From Candidatus Shapirobacteria bacterium (GTDB taxonomy: Bacteria; Patescibacteriota; Microgenomatia; UBA12405), in the NCBI GenBank assembly GCA_030698565.1, contig JAUYJS010000008.1, positions 161,275 to 225,274 of the forward strand: a stretch of DNA of 64,000 nucleotides, read 5' to 3'. Positions 9,181 through 18,306 of the stretch are shown here, piece by piece. The notes under the pieces are model-generated. The model did not search any database, was not told the origin of the DNA, and worked only from the letters and a program-made list of their open reading frames with translations. A program made the position numbers and the translations under genes. The first letter of the stretch is position 1; each line of letters starts with the position of its first letter.

Positions 9181-10895
9181 GTTTAAAAAAAATATCAATT
9201 TATTTTTTAGCCTTAATTATTATTGTTGTTCCGTTCGTTTTATTATTCTCTCCAATAATTTTTAATTATAATAAAACTGCCAAAAATACCCATGTTATAG
9301 GAAAAGATTACTCATCACTCAGCCGTGAGGATATATATCAAAAAGTCAATTCCGATTTTGTCTTACCCCAAACCCTCACTCTCAAAACTCCCCAAAAAGA
9401 TTATAATTTTAATTTAGCCACAGTTTCAGCTCAAATCGATAGCCAAAAGCTAGCCAGTACGATTTTATATCGTCGGTTAAATCAGGGTATTTGGGCTTAC
9501 ATTAAATATTTCTTTTCCAATAAAAATTTTCCCTTAGAGATTTCTTATAATGCCGAAGCGTTTGACAAATATCTGGCTGACCTATCTTCCCAAATAAATC
9601 ACCCTTTTATTCCCAGTGAATTTCAGCTAAAAGAATCAACTTTAAATTATATTCCTGGACAATTAGGCCTAGAAATGTCTAGTGATGAATTAAAACAAAG
9701 AATTATAAACAGTTTATCTACCGGAGATTTTTCTTCCCCTATTGTTATACCTCATAAAAGTTCTGGTTATTTACCTACTGATAGTGAAATTTCTCAGACC
9801 AAATCAAGAGCCGAAAAACTAATTGGCAAGAATTTAGTATTAACAACTGAAAATACCAGTATTCCTATTGATAATAAAACTCTTATTTCTTGGTTGGATT
9901 TTCGAGACGATTATAACCAAAACGATCTAGAGGAGTTTAGTAAAAGCACTTCTGCCAGTTTAAAACGCGATCCGGTTAATGCAGTTTTTAAATTTGAAAA
10001 TGATAAAGTATTAGAGTTTAGACCTGCCGCAAATGGTATTGTTCCCCAAGAAAAAGAATTATCTGATTTAATTAAAACCTCAATTGATAAACTAATTTCT
10101 TCAGAAGAAAAGCAACTAACAGCCGTTGTTCCGGTTAAAACGGTTGAACCGGATGTCAGAACTCAAGACGCAAACAACTTAGGAATTAAAGATTTGTTAG
10201 GTAAGGGAGTATCAACTTTTAATCATTCCACTGCTATTCGTAATTTTAATGTAGAAAAAGGTGCTTCCATTGTAAACCGAATTTTAATAGCCCCTGGTGA
10301 AACCTTTTCTTTTATTAAGTCGCTCGGTGAGGTTAGTTTGGATAATGGTTATAAAAAGGCTTATATCATTCGTCAAGGAAAAACAGAATTGGATGTTGGT
10401 GGCGGAATTTGTCAGGTGTCAACCACTCTTTTTAGAGCCATGCTCAACTCCGGTTTAGATATTACCGACAGAAAAGCCCATGCTTATCGCGTCAGTTATT
10501 ATGAGGAAGACATGCTCCCGGGTTACGATGCTACCGTTTTTATTCCTAATCCTGATCTAAAATTTGTTAACGACACTGGTCATTATGTTTTAATTCAAAG
10601 CAATTACGAGGATCAGAATAAAAAATTAACTTATGAAATTTATGGTACTTCTGATGGGCGCAAAGTCGATATTTCTAATTATCGCCAATGGGATGCTCAG
10701 CCCGCCCCTCCCGATAAATACATCGATGACCCGACTCTACCACCCGGAAAAGTTGTTCAAGACGAGCATCGCGTTCCCGGCCTAAAAACCGCCTTCGATT
10801 GGAAAGTCATTTCTTTCGATGGCAAAATTTTGCATCAAAAAACTTTTCAATCCGTCTATGTTCCCTGGGCTGCAGTTTACCGGAGAGGAATCTAA
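9177..10895 (+). CDS. VanW family protein with N-terminal TM anchor
   Basis: 572 aa; VanW signature GGGICQVSTTLFRA and the VanW domain in the C-terminal half. Confidence 0.7.
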   Translation: MSLKKISIYFLALIIIVVPFVLLFSPIIFNYNKTAKNTHVIGKDYSSLSREDIYQKVNSDFVLPQTLTLKTPQKDYNFNLATVSAQIDSQKLASTILYRRLNQGIWAYIKYFFSNKNFPLEISYNAEAFDKYLADLSSQINHPFIPSEFQLKESTLNYIPGQLGLEMSSDELKQRIINSLSTGDFSSPIVIPHKSSGYLPTDSEISQTKSRAEKLIGKNLVLTTENTSIPIDNKTLISWLDFRDDYNQNDLEEFSKSTSASLKRDPVNAVFKFENDKVLEFRPAANGIVPQEKELSDLIKTSIDKLISSEEKQLTAVVPVKTVEPDVRTQDANNLGIKDLLGKGVSTFNHSTAIRNFNVEKGASIVNRILIAPGETFSFIKSLGEVSLDNGYKKAYIIRQGKTELDVGGGICQVSTTLFRAMLNSGLDITDRKAHAYRVSYYEEDMLPGYDATVFIPNPDLKFVNDTGHYVLIQSNYEDQNKKLTYEIYGTSDGRKVDISNYRQWDAQPAPPDKYIDDPTLPPGKVVQDEHRVPGLKTAFDWKVISFDGKILHQKTFQSVYVPWAAVYRRGI

Positions 10896-10972
10896 ATATT
10901 GTCTGTCATTGCGATCCCGCAACAGCGGGAGAAGCAATCTCATTTGATTTAACCGCTTTAATCCATTTTCTC

Positions 10973-11000
10973 GTAGAGACGCGCTGCAGCGCGTCTCTAC
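10973..11000. terminator. 28-bp perfect GC-rich palindrome GTAGAGACGCGCTGCAGCGCGTCTCTAC between convergent genes (candidate bidirectional terminator / repeat family copy 1)
   Basis: Perfect inverted repeat in an AT-rich intergenic gap between the VanW (+) and tsaD (-) stops; identical copy at 19344..19371. Confidence 0.55.
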
Positions 11001-11073
11001 AACCTGTTGTAATTTTTAATATAATCACACTCATACAATACGCCCCTACACAGACAAAAATATGTAAACAAAT

Positions 11074-12213
11074 TTATATTTCCGCTCTAGGCATTCTATC
11101 TAAATTCTCAATATCTTCCACAAACTCCAGTCTCAACGCTTTGTAGTATCCAACCACACCAATCATCGCCGCATTATCAGTATTCAATTCTTTTTTAAAC
11201 GGCATATAAATTGGTAAACTAAAATCTTTGGCCAATTTTCTTAACTTCTTTCTCAAATCTTTATTTGCCAAAACTCCGCCACTAGCTAATAGAGTTTTTG
11301 GTTTGAATTCTTTTATTGCCAATTTATATTTAATTAAAAGCGAGTCAAACACCGCTTCTTGAAAACTTGCCGCTAAATCAGCCAAATTAGCACTTATCTT
11401 TTCTTTTGGCCAATCTTTTATTTGGTAATAAAACGATGTTTTTAATCCAGAAAAAGAGTAATCAAAAGTCTTTTGTGTCGATAAAGGGCGGGGGAGTTTC
11501 ATCCAATCAATATCACCTTTAAGAGCCAATCTTTCAATTATTGGTCCACCCGGGTATCCTAATCCTAGCATTTTAGATGCTTTGTCCAAAGCTTCACCCG
11601 CCGCGTCGTCCAATGTCTCCCCGATCACAGTATATTTAGGGTTAAAGTCTCCCTTGTCAAACCCACGGTCCTCTTTAGAGGAGGGAGATTTAGAGGGATT
11701 TTTCATTAAAATTAATTTTGTATGTCCACCCGATACTGTTAAAACTAAAGCTGGAAACTCTATTTTTCTGTCTGGTTTATTTTGACTATTTTTAGCAAAA
11801 TTAGACAAAATATGTCCCTCAACGTGATTGACCGCAACTATTTTTTTATTATATTTTTGAGCCAATTCTTTGGCTCGATTGACACCAACACCTAAGGCAA
11901 TTGCCAATCCCGGTCCGATTGTCACCGCAATCACATCAATTTCTTTCATTCCATTTTCAATTATCATGGTTAATTTCTCCCTTTTATCAAAGGGAGATGT
12001 CCGAAGGACAGAGGGATTTGCCCTTTTCAAGGCTGTTGCAATCACCGCATCAATTCTTTCAGCGTGAGCCCTTTTAGCAATATCAGGAACAACCCCGCCC
12101 CATTTAGCATGTAAGTCTGTTTGAGAGGAAATTACATTTGAAAGAATCTTGTCATTTTCCAATACCGCCGCACAAGTATCATCACAACTAGTATCTATTG
12201 CCAATATTTTCAT
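11074..12213 (-). CDS. tsaD: tRNA N6-adenosine threonylcarbamoyltransferase TsaD (Kae1/Gcp family), carrying two in-frame palindromic element insertions
   Basis: MKILAIDTSCDDTCAAVLE start, metal-binding AVNHVEGHIL; 379 aa is about 40 aa longer than typical because of insertions at 11646..11702 and 11987..12036. Confidence 0.8.
   Translation of the reverse strand: MKILAIDTSCDDTCAAVLENDKILSNVISSQTDLHAKWGGVVPDIAKRAHAERIDAVIATALKRANPSVLRTSPFDKREKLTMIIENGMKEIDVIAVTIGPGLAIALGVGVNRAKELAQKYNKKIVAVNHVEGHILSNFAKNSQNKPDRKIEFPALVLTVSGGHTKLILMKNPSKSPSSKEDRGFDKGDFNPKYTVIGETLDDAAGEALDKASKMLGLGYPGGPIIERLALKGDIDWMKLPRPLSTQKTFDYSFSGLKTSFYYQIKDWPKEKISANLADLAASFQEAVFDSLLIKYKLAIKEFKPKTLLASGGVLANKDLRKKLRKLAKDFSLPIYMPFKKELNTDNAAMIGVVGYYKALRLEFVEDIENLDRMPRAEI
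11646..11702. repeat. short palindromic element, copy 1 (variant), in-frame in tsaD
   Basis: GTCTCCCTTGTCAAACCCACGGTCCTCTTTAGAGGAGGGAGATTTAGAGGGATTT; encodes KNPSKSPSSKEDRGFDKGDF in TsaD. Confidence 0.5.
11987..12036. repeat. short palindromic element, copy 2, in-frame in tsaD
   Basis: TCTCCCTTTTATCAAAGGGAGA-TGTCCGAAGGACA-GAGGGATTT; encodes ...RTSPFDKREK in TsaD; partial tandem CCCTTTTCAAGG follows. Confidence 0.6.
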
Positions 12214-12233
12214 CGTTAAGTTTTATTTAAATA

Positions 12234-12791
12234 ATGTATTATAAATTTATGGATAGTAATTCTTTTTTATCTAAGCAAAATAAGATATTTTTAACTTCAG
12301 CAATAATTCTTGCAATTTTATCACTAATTGGTGGTGTTTGGCTTTTCCGTTCACTACAACAACCTCAAGTTTCAACTGCTGTTATTGAAGAACAACCAAT
12401 AATCACATCTATACCGACTCCAACTCCAACTCCAACATCTCTAATTGATTTCAATAGCATTGATGATAATTTCTCCGTTTCTTATAGCCCTGTCCGGAAA
12501 CTTTATCAAGATACTGAATCATCGGGTAATCGTTATACTTTTTACCTTTCTTCGGGTAACTTTGCTATCCATGCTGGCACGGACTGGTCCTGGTCATATC
12601 CCAATCGCACTTATACCACTGATTTTTTAATTAATAATCAGCCAACTTTCCGTTACGACATAAATACTCAAACCATTGTTGATGTTCAGTATAACGGCAA
12701 AAATTATACTATCCAATGTGTCCACAACGGCTCATCCGCTCTCAAATCCGAATGTGAACAATTCCTCAAGAGCTTTAAATTTCGTATTTAA
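12234..12791 (+). CDS. hypothetical secreted/membrane-anchored protein with (PT)n linker
   Basis: 185 aa; N-terminal TM; PTPTPTPTS linker. Confidence 0.4.
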   Translation: MYYKFMDSNSFLSKQNKIFLTSAIILAILSLIGGVWLFRSLQQPQVSTAVIEEQPIITSIPTPTPTPTSLIDFNSIDDNFSVSYSPVRKLYQDTESSGNRYTFYLSSGNFAIHAGTDWSWSYPNRTYTTDFLINNQPTFRYDINTQTIVDVQYNGKNYTIQCVHNGSSALKSECEQFLKSFKFRI

Positions 12792-13911
12792 TCTCTCTGG
12801 TATTCTCGTCAATATATGCAAAATTAATCGGAAAGTAATGACTAATATTTTTCAGTTTTTTTAAATTTTCCTCGCCCATATTTTCCGACCACTCAACACA
12901 AGCAACGGTATTTGGTTCAAATAAATTTAAAAAATCAATTTCCTCAAATTCAAATGCATCCTTAATCCGGTAAAGATCAAAATGCAGAAATTTTTCTAGC
13001 CAGTTTCCCCCTTTCGTCAAAGGGGGATTAAGGGGGATTTCATATTCATTATAAATCACAAAAGTAGGGGAAGTAATTTTATCTTTAATTCCCAATATTT
13101 TACCGACTTGTCGGCTAAATACCGTTTTACCGCATCCCAAATCTCCGCTCAATCCAAAAATAATTGGCTTTTGTAGAGACGCATTGTATGCGTCTCTTAT
13201 ATTGTCATCCTGAACTTGTTTCAGGATCCTTTTCACCAAAAACTCTGCAACCTTTTCCGTTTCTTTTTCTGATTTGGAAATTAAAGTTTTAGCATTTCCG
13301 GAAATCAAATCACCTCGTCTCAAAATTTTTAATTCAGATTCTGTCGTATCAATAACCGTCGAAGGTAAATTATGAGGCAACTTTCCGGCATCGACCACCA
13401 AATCAATTATATTTTTTTTATATTCCGACAATGAATTTAAAAGACTTTGAATTGAGTAATTAGGGCTATTACCAGATATGTTTGCCGAGGTAGCCGTAAT
13501 CGGTTTTTTTAAAATTTTTATCAATTCATTTATATATTTATTATCAGGAATTCTCACTCCCAAAGTCCTATTTTCCGCCTCAATTCCCGACACTACTTTA
13601 TGTTTGCCTTTGCTCACAATAGTAAAAGGTCCGGGGAGTAAACTTTTATAAATTTCTTTAGCTTCGTCACTTAGTTCCACAAAATCAGTTGCCATTTTTT
13701 GATCCAAAACCGCAATCGAAATTGCTTTTCCTGTCGGTCGATTCTTAAACTCCAACAGCTTTTTAACTGCCGCCTCATTCATAGGATCAACAGCAGCAAT
13801 ATATACCGTATCCGATGGAAAAATTACTAATCCACCATTTTCGATAACCTTAGCTGTTTCCTTGATTATTTTCTCAAAACCAGAACCTAGTTTTATCCTC
13901 AATATTTTCAT
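12775..13911 (-). CDS. fusion protein: N-terminal Sua5/YrdC (TsaC, threonylcarbamoyl-AMP synthase) and C-terminal TsaE (YjeE P-loop) with palindromic insertions in linker and TsaE domain
   Basis: N-terminal VIFPSDTVYIAAVDP...KAISIAVLD (YrdC/Sua5); C-terminal GDLGCGKTVFSRQVGK...SPTFVIYNEYE (TsaE Walker A); the linker NIRDAYNASLQ is encoded by a palindrome-family copy. Confidence 0.7.
   Translation of the reverse strand: MKILRIKLGSGFEKIIKETAKVIENGGLVIFPSDTVYIAAVDPMNEAAVKKLLEFKNRPTGKAISIAVLDQKMATDFVELSDEAKEIYKSLLPGPFTIVSKGKHKVVSGIEAENRTLGVRIPDNKYINELIKILKKPITATSANISGNSPNYSIQSLLNSLSEYKKNIIDLVVDAGKLPHNLPSTVIDTTESELKILRRGDLISGNAKTLISKSEKETEKVAEFLVKRILKQVQDDNIRDAYNASLQKPIIFGLSGDLGCGKTVFSRQVGKILGIKDKITSPTFVIYNEYEIPLNPPLTKGGNWLEKFLHFDLYRIKDAFEFEEIDFLNLFEPNTVACVEWSENMGEENLKKLKNISHYFPINFAYIDENTREIKYEI
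13006..13041. repeat. short palindromic element, copy 3, in-frame in tsaC-tsaE fusion
   Basis: TCCCCCTTTCGTCAAAGGGGGATTAAGGGGGATTTC; encodes EIPLNPPLTKGGN. Confidence 0.55.
13175..13199. repeat. variant copy of the GTAGAGACGC...GCGTCTC palindrome inside the TsaC-TsaE interdomain linker
   Basis: GTAGAGACGCATTGTATGCGTCTCT keeps the GAGACGC/GCGTCTC stem; translated in-frame as IRDAYNAS. Confidence 0.5.
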
Positions 13912-13920
13912 TATTATTAT

Positions 13921-13965
13921 TATTATTTATCTCCCTTTTTCAAAGGGAGAAGCGGCGTTAGCCGA
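13921..13965. repeat. short palindromic element, copy 4, forms C-terminal tail and stop of the HD-domain gene
   Basis: TCTCCCTTTTTCAAAGGGAGA-AGCGGCGTTAGCCGAGAGGGATTTTT; reverse strand encodes ...SLSANAASPFEKGR*; near-identical to copy 5 in valS. Confidence 0.65.
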
Positions 13966-14595
13966 GAGGGATTTTTTTAACCACTCATTAATTTCTTCAT
14001 GCCAAATTTTATATTTGATTTTTAATTCCGTCACATCAGGCACTCCAAATTTTTTCTTAAATCTTTCAAGTATGATTCCATAACTACTATTTATATTATT
14101 TAACTCGTTTTTTGTTTCTTCAAAACTATTAAATCCCGGATGGCCTTTGGAATGAAAATTATCAACATAAGCAATTATTTCTTCCTCTAAACTAATCGGA
14201 ATATAATCATGTTTTTCTAATGGCAAATTCTCCTTTTCTATTTGCTCCTTATCTATACCCACCCCTGTATGACTTATGGCAAATCTTGCCACCTTTTCAG
14301 CGAATCCAAATTTTTTTAAAAAATCATAACCTAATTGTCCGTGAGTAATATATTTTACTTTTAATTTATAACTCTCATCAAAACATTTATAGTAACCCAA
14401 ATCATGAACCAAAGCTCCTAAACTTAACAATTCTTTATCTATTTTTATTTCGTATTTCTTTTCCAAATCAGTAGCGATATTCAAAGCAATTTCCTCCACA
14501 ATCAAACTATGGTTCCAACAAATTTCTAAAATTTTTTCTTTATATTTTCCGCTAGCTAAATTTTTGTGAAGTTGATATATTTTTTCTCTTTTCAT
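13927..14595 (-). CDS. HD-domain phosphohydrolase
   Basis: 222 aa; HD motif LGALVHDLGY; C-terminal 14 aa derive from palindromic element copy 4. Confidence 0.6.
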   Translation of the reverse strand: MKREKIYQLHKNLASGKYKEKILEICWNHSLIVEEIALNIATDLEKKYEIKIDKELLSLGALVHDLGYYKCFDESYKLKVKYITHGQLGYDFLKKFGFAEKVARFAISHTGVGIDKEQIEKENLPLEKHDYIPISLEEEIIAYVDNFHSKGHPGFNSFEETKNELNNINSSYGIILERFKKKFGVPDVTELKIKYKIWHEEINEWLKKSLSANAASPFEKGR

Positions 14596-14654
14596 AAAAA
14601 GAATTATAACTTATAGTCGAAATTTTAGCTTTATTTTCATGCTAAAATAATCGC

Positions 14655-17012
14655 ATGGATAAAGCGTATACCCCAAAAGACGAGGAGAAAATTTACAAGT
14701 CATGGGTAGATGCGGGTATATTCACTCCCAAAGTCCCCAAAGATCCGATTAAAGCTAGGGCAAAAAAAGAACCATTTACTATTATTTTGCCACCACCGAA
14801 TGCCAACAATCCGCTTCACGCCGGCCATGCTCTTTTCATCGTTGAAGATATTATGGTGCGATTTCATCGCATGCTTGGCGACCCCACTCTTTGGTTGCCA
14901 GGCACTGATCATGCCGGTATTGAAACCCAATTTGTTTTTGAAAAACAATTGCAAAAAGAAGGCAAGTCACGTTTTGATTTTGACCGCGACACATTATTTA
15001 AAATGATTTTTGATTACGTAACCAAGAATCGCGATGTTGCTAAAAATCAAATGAAACGATTAGGCTTTTCACTTGATTGGACTCGGGAAAAATTTACTTT
15101 GGACGAAGATCACATTAAACGTATTTACGCTGTTTTTCGGCGAATGGTTGACGAAGATTTGGTTTATCGTGATGAAAAAATCGTTAATTACTGTACTTTT
15201 TGTGGTACTGCCTTTTCCAATTTGGAAGTTATCCACAAAACCGTCGATTCTCATCTTTGGTATTTGAAATATCCAGTAGTAGGCGAAAAAGACAGATTTG
15301 TAACAGTAGCGACTACCCGACCGGAAACCATGCTTGGTGATACAGCCGTGGCTGTTAATCCTAAAGATCCAAAGTATCAGGATTTAAAAAATAAAAAATT
15401 ATTATTACCTTTGGCCGACCGGGAAATTCCTATTATTTTTGATGATTCAATTGATATGGAATTTGGCACAGGTGCTGTCAAAGTTACCCCGTCCCATTCA
15501 GCCGAAGACTACGATTTGGCCAAAAAGCATGATTTGCCTTTTATACGCATTTTTGATTACAACGGAAAGTCAAACGAACAAGTTCCTCAAAAATATCAAA
15601 ATTTGTATCCAAACCAAGTTCGACAATCGGTTGTGGATGACATGCAATCAATAGAATTGTTGGAAAAAACAGAAGATTATTCTCATGAAGTTGGCCATTG
15701 TTATCGCTGTGGGCGTCCAATTGAACCAATGACCGCACCTCAGTGGTTTGTCAAAATTAAACCTCTGTCTGACGAGGCTTCTAAAGCCGTCCAAAAAGAT
15801 GAAATTGTTTTTGTCCCAAAAAGATTCAAAAAAAGTTTTCTGACTTGGATGAAAGACATCAAAGATTGGCCTATTTCTAGACAGATAGTTTGGGGTCACC
15901 GAATTCCAGTCTGGTATGATTTAGCCCAAAATCTTCAAGCAAAAATTACTTTTATAAACAAAAAAGGCGAAGTAATTACTAACATCTGGTCTAAGTTGTC
16001 GTCAAATATTGAGACTGGTTTTTATTCATTTGAAGAAATTAAACAAGGTTTGCAGGTTTTATTGGTGCCAATCAATAAAAATGACCAAGGCGAAGTTGCC
16101 GGTGTTTATTATTCTGAAACCGAAGCGAATCAACATGGAAAATATATTCTCCAGGAAACCGATACTTTTGACACCTGGTTTTCTTCTGGCCAATGGCCTT
16201 ATTCAACTTTGGGTTGGGAACCGGATAGCAATCATTCCCCGGATTTTCTTTATTTTTACCCCACATCAGTTTTAGACACCATGTGGGATATCCTCTTCTT
16301 TTGGGTAGCCCGTATGGTTATTTTTGGTCTGTATGTAACCAAAGAAGTTCCATTTAAAGTTGCCCACATGCATTCGCGGGTAACAGACTCCAAGGGTCAA
16401 AAAATGAGTAAATCCAAAGGCAATGTCATTGATCCAGTAACAATTGTCGATCAACATGGTGCCGATGCTCTTCGCATGGCTTTAGTTTTTGGTATTGCCC
16501 CGGGTTCTGATGTAGCCATTTCCGATGACAAAATCCGAGCTCAAAGAAATTTTGTCAACAAAATTTGGAATGCCTCCCGTTTTATCGACATGCTCATCGA
16601 CCGCCTAAAAGAAAAAAATCCAGCTATTGATATTAGTCTCCCCTTTATCAAGGGGAGAGACGGCGAAGCCGAGAGGGGTTTAGTCGATCAAGAAATTCTC
16701 ACCCAACTCAACAAAATCATTCAATCAACTACCAAAAACATAAATAAATACCATTTTGGCCAGGCTTCTGAAGATCTTTATCATTTCTTTTGGAATCAAT
16801 TTTGCGACATTTATATTGAAAAAGCCAAGGACAGAGGGGAAGATGTTGTTCCAGTATTACTAACAGTTTTATTAAACAGCCTAAAATTATTACATCCATT
16901 TATGCCTTTTGTTACCGAAAATATCTTTCAATATTTCAAACAGAAATATCCAAATTTTTCTTCCGAAGAATTTTTAGCTATTTCTTCCTGGCCAAAGCCT
17001 TATGAAGTTTAA
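14655..17012 (+). CDS. valS: valyl-tRNA synthetase (compact, no C-terminal coiled coil), with in-frame palindromic insertion
   Basis: PPPNANNPLHAGHA (HIGH region), LWLPGTDHAGIETQ (ValRS-specific), KMSKSKGNVIDP; strong collinearity with E. coli ValRS N-terminus. Confidence 0.85.
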   Translation: MDKAYTPKDEEKIYKSWVDAGIFTPKVPKDPIKARAKKEPFTIILPPPNANNPLHAGHALFIVEDIMVRFHRMLGDPTLWLPGTDHAGIETQFVFEKQLQKEGKSRFDFDRDTLFKMIFDYVTKNRDVAKNQMKRLGFSLDWTREKFTLDEDHIKRIYAVFRRMVDEDLVYRDEKIVNYCTFCGTAFSNLEVIHKTVDSHLWYLKYPVVGEKDRFVTVATTRPETMLGDTAVAVNPKDPKYQDLKNKKLLLPLADREIPIIFDDSIDMEFGTGAVKVTPSHSAEDYDLAKKHDLPFIRIFDYNGKSNEQVPQKYQNLYPNQVRQSVVDDMQSIELLEKTEDYSHEVGHCYRCGRPIEPMTAPQWFVKIKPLSDEASKAVQKDEIVFVPKRFKKSFLTWMKDIKDWPISRQIVWGHRIPVWYDLAQNLQAKITFINKKGEVITNIWSKLSSNIETGFYSFEEIKQGLQVLLVPINKNDQGEVAGVYYSETEANQHGKYILQETDTFDTWFSSGQWPYSTLGWEPDSNHSPDFLYFYPTSVLDTMWDILFFWVARMVIFGLYVTKEVPFKVAHMHSRVTDSKGQKMSKSKGNVIDPVTIVDQHGADALRMALVFGIAPGSDVAISDDKIRAQRNFVNKIWNASRFIDMLIDRLKEKNPAIDISLPFIKGRDGEAERGLVDQEILTQLNKIIQSTTKNINKYHFGQASEDLYHFFWNQFCDIYIEKAKDRGEDVVPVLLTVLLNSLKLLHPFMPFVTENIFQYFKQKYPNFSSEEFLAISSWPKPYEV
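16638..16682. repeat. short palindromic element, copy 5, in-frame in valS
   Basis: TCTCCCCTTTATCAAGGGGAGA-GACGGCGAAGCCGAGAGGGGTTT; encodes SLPFIKGRDGEAERGL within the ValRS anticodon-binding region. Confidence 0.65.
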
Positions 17013-17493
17013 AATACTAAAAACAACTGTTTTGTTATTTTTAGTATTACTTTTAACTGTTAATATCTATTTTTCTATATTCAAACACGATCCAATTTTA
17101 GAAGCCAAAAAGATGATGATTTCTTTATCGGCTGGCGACAGGTATTCTGGTCGGCTTAAACTTTGGTATTTATTGGCCAACAAAGGTGATTGGGGTAACG
17201 CAGCCAAGTTAGAATCAAATCTAGATTCGGTTGATATTGCAAATTACAAATCACTCTACCAGCCGGAAGAATTAAAAAAGAGAATGGATACATTAATTCA
17301 AAAACCTAATAAATCAGTTGAAGATTGGATGGAATTGGCAAAGCTTCAATTAAAATTTAATCAAACAGAGGCTGCAGACCTTTCAATCTCTCAAGCCCAC
17401 AAACTCGATCCAATCAGGGAAGATATTGAAAAACTTTATTTATCTTCTTTTTCAGCTGCTTCTTTTGCGGCTAGTTCTTCTTCGGTTTTTTGA
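17002..17493 (+). CDS. hypothetical membrane-anchored protein
   Basis: 163 aa; N-terminal TM VLLFLVLLLTVNIYF; no recognised domain. Confidence 0.4.
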   Translation: MKFKILKTTVLLFLVLLLTVNIYFSIFKHDPILEAKKMMISLSAGDRYSGRLKLWYLLANKGDWGNAAKLESNLDSVDIANYKSLYQPEELKKRMDTLIQKPNKSVEDWMELAKLQLKFNQTEAADLSISQAHKLDPIREDIEKLYLSSFSAASFAASSSSVF

Positions 17494-18107
17494 GCTGTTG
17501 CTGGAACTTCACCAGGAGTCACTTCTTCCGCAACTATAGGTTCTTCTTCAACTCTAGGTTCTTCAACTTTAATGATTACCTGAGTTGCATCATTTAAAAT
17601 TTCTACTTTAGTTCGGTCAACATCAAGATCAGCAACTGTTATTTGAGATTCCAAATTTTCCAATTTAGAAATATCAACAATAATACTTTCTGGTAAATCA
17701 GTTGGCAAAGCTTCAACTTCAACTTCATTAGCAGCTTCAACCAAAACATTTCCTTCTTTAACAGCAAATGATTCACCAATAAATTCGATCGGGATCATCG
17801 CAGTAATCTTTTCTTTTAAGTTAACCTTAAAACAATCAACGTGCAAAAGATTCCCATAAATAGCATGGAATTGTGGATTTCTAAATAAAATAGGAATTTT
17901 TTTATCATCGAGCATCAATTCAATCAAACCAGATTCTCCTACCTCATCGAAAACTGATTCTAATTCTTTGGCTGTAAATTGGACAGAAAGAGGACTAAAA
18001 TCTCGGCCGTAAACTGTGGCTGGTAAAAATCCCTCTCTTCTTAATTTTTTAACTTTTCGGCCTAAAACTGTTCTAATGGTTCCATTTAATTGAAGTTTGT
18101 CTTTCAT
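17436..18107 (-). CDS. rplY: 50S ribosomal protein L25 / general stress protein Ctc, with acidic C-terminal extension
   Basis: N-terminal LNGTIRTVLGRKVKKLRREGFLPATVYG; two-domain L25/Ctc architecture. Confidence 0.75.
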   Translation of the reverse strand: MKDKLQLNGTIRTVLGRKVKKLRREGFLPATVYGRDFSPLSVQFTAKELESVFDEVGESGLIELMLDDKKIPILFRNPQFHAIYGNLLHVDCFKVNLKEKITAMIPIEFIGESFAVKEGNVLVEAANEVEVEALPTDLPESIIVDISKLENLESQITVADLDVDRTKVEILNDATQVIIKVEEPRVEEEPIVAEEVTPGEVPATAQKTEEELAAKEAAEKEDK

Positions 18108-18254
18108 TTTTTTTGGTTTTGCCTAATGCCCCTTCTCCTACAAATTCTGCTTTGCAGGATACCTGACTTCGGCTCAAATAAACTAAGGGGTATTATAACA
18201 TAACGGAAGAAGCAATCTAGCAATTTTATTGTTACAATTTATTAAATATTATAT

Positions 18255-18300
18255 TCCCCCTTTTCAAGGGGGAAATCCCGATTCATCGGGAAAGGGGTTT
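18255..18300. repeat. short palindromic element, copy 6, in trpS 5' leader
   Basis: TCCCCCTTTTCAAGGGGGA-AATCCCGATTCATCGGGAA-AGGGGTTT immediately upstream of the trpS ATG (18307); the ORF track reads through it only for lack of a stop. Confidence 0.6.
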
Positions 18301-18306
18301 AAAATT

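Noticed and set aside
10799-11146. 115-aa ORF spanning the VanW/tsaD intergenic region
   Set aside because: It overlaps the VanW 3' end and runs straight through the 28-bp palindromic terminator, with no motif; almost certainly non-coding.
14700-16457. Multiple 60-100-aa ORFs on both strands within valS
   Set aside because: They are nested within or antisense to the ValRS reading frame, which has strong class-I aaRS motifs.
18110-18300. Possible T-box leader upstream of trpS
   Set aside because: No T-box consensus (AATTAGGGTGGTACCGCG-like) or specifier-loop/antiterminator arrangement could be recognised. The hairpins present are explained by the repeat element.
18229-18306. N-terminal 26-aa extension of trpS in the ORF track (MLQFIKYYIPPFQGGNPDSSGKGFKI)
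   Set aside because: The extension is entirely encoded by a palindromic repeat element. The conserved TrpRS N-terminus begins at the internal ATG 18307.
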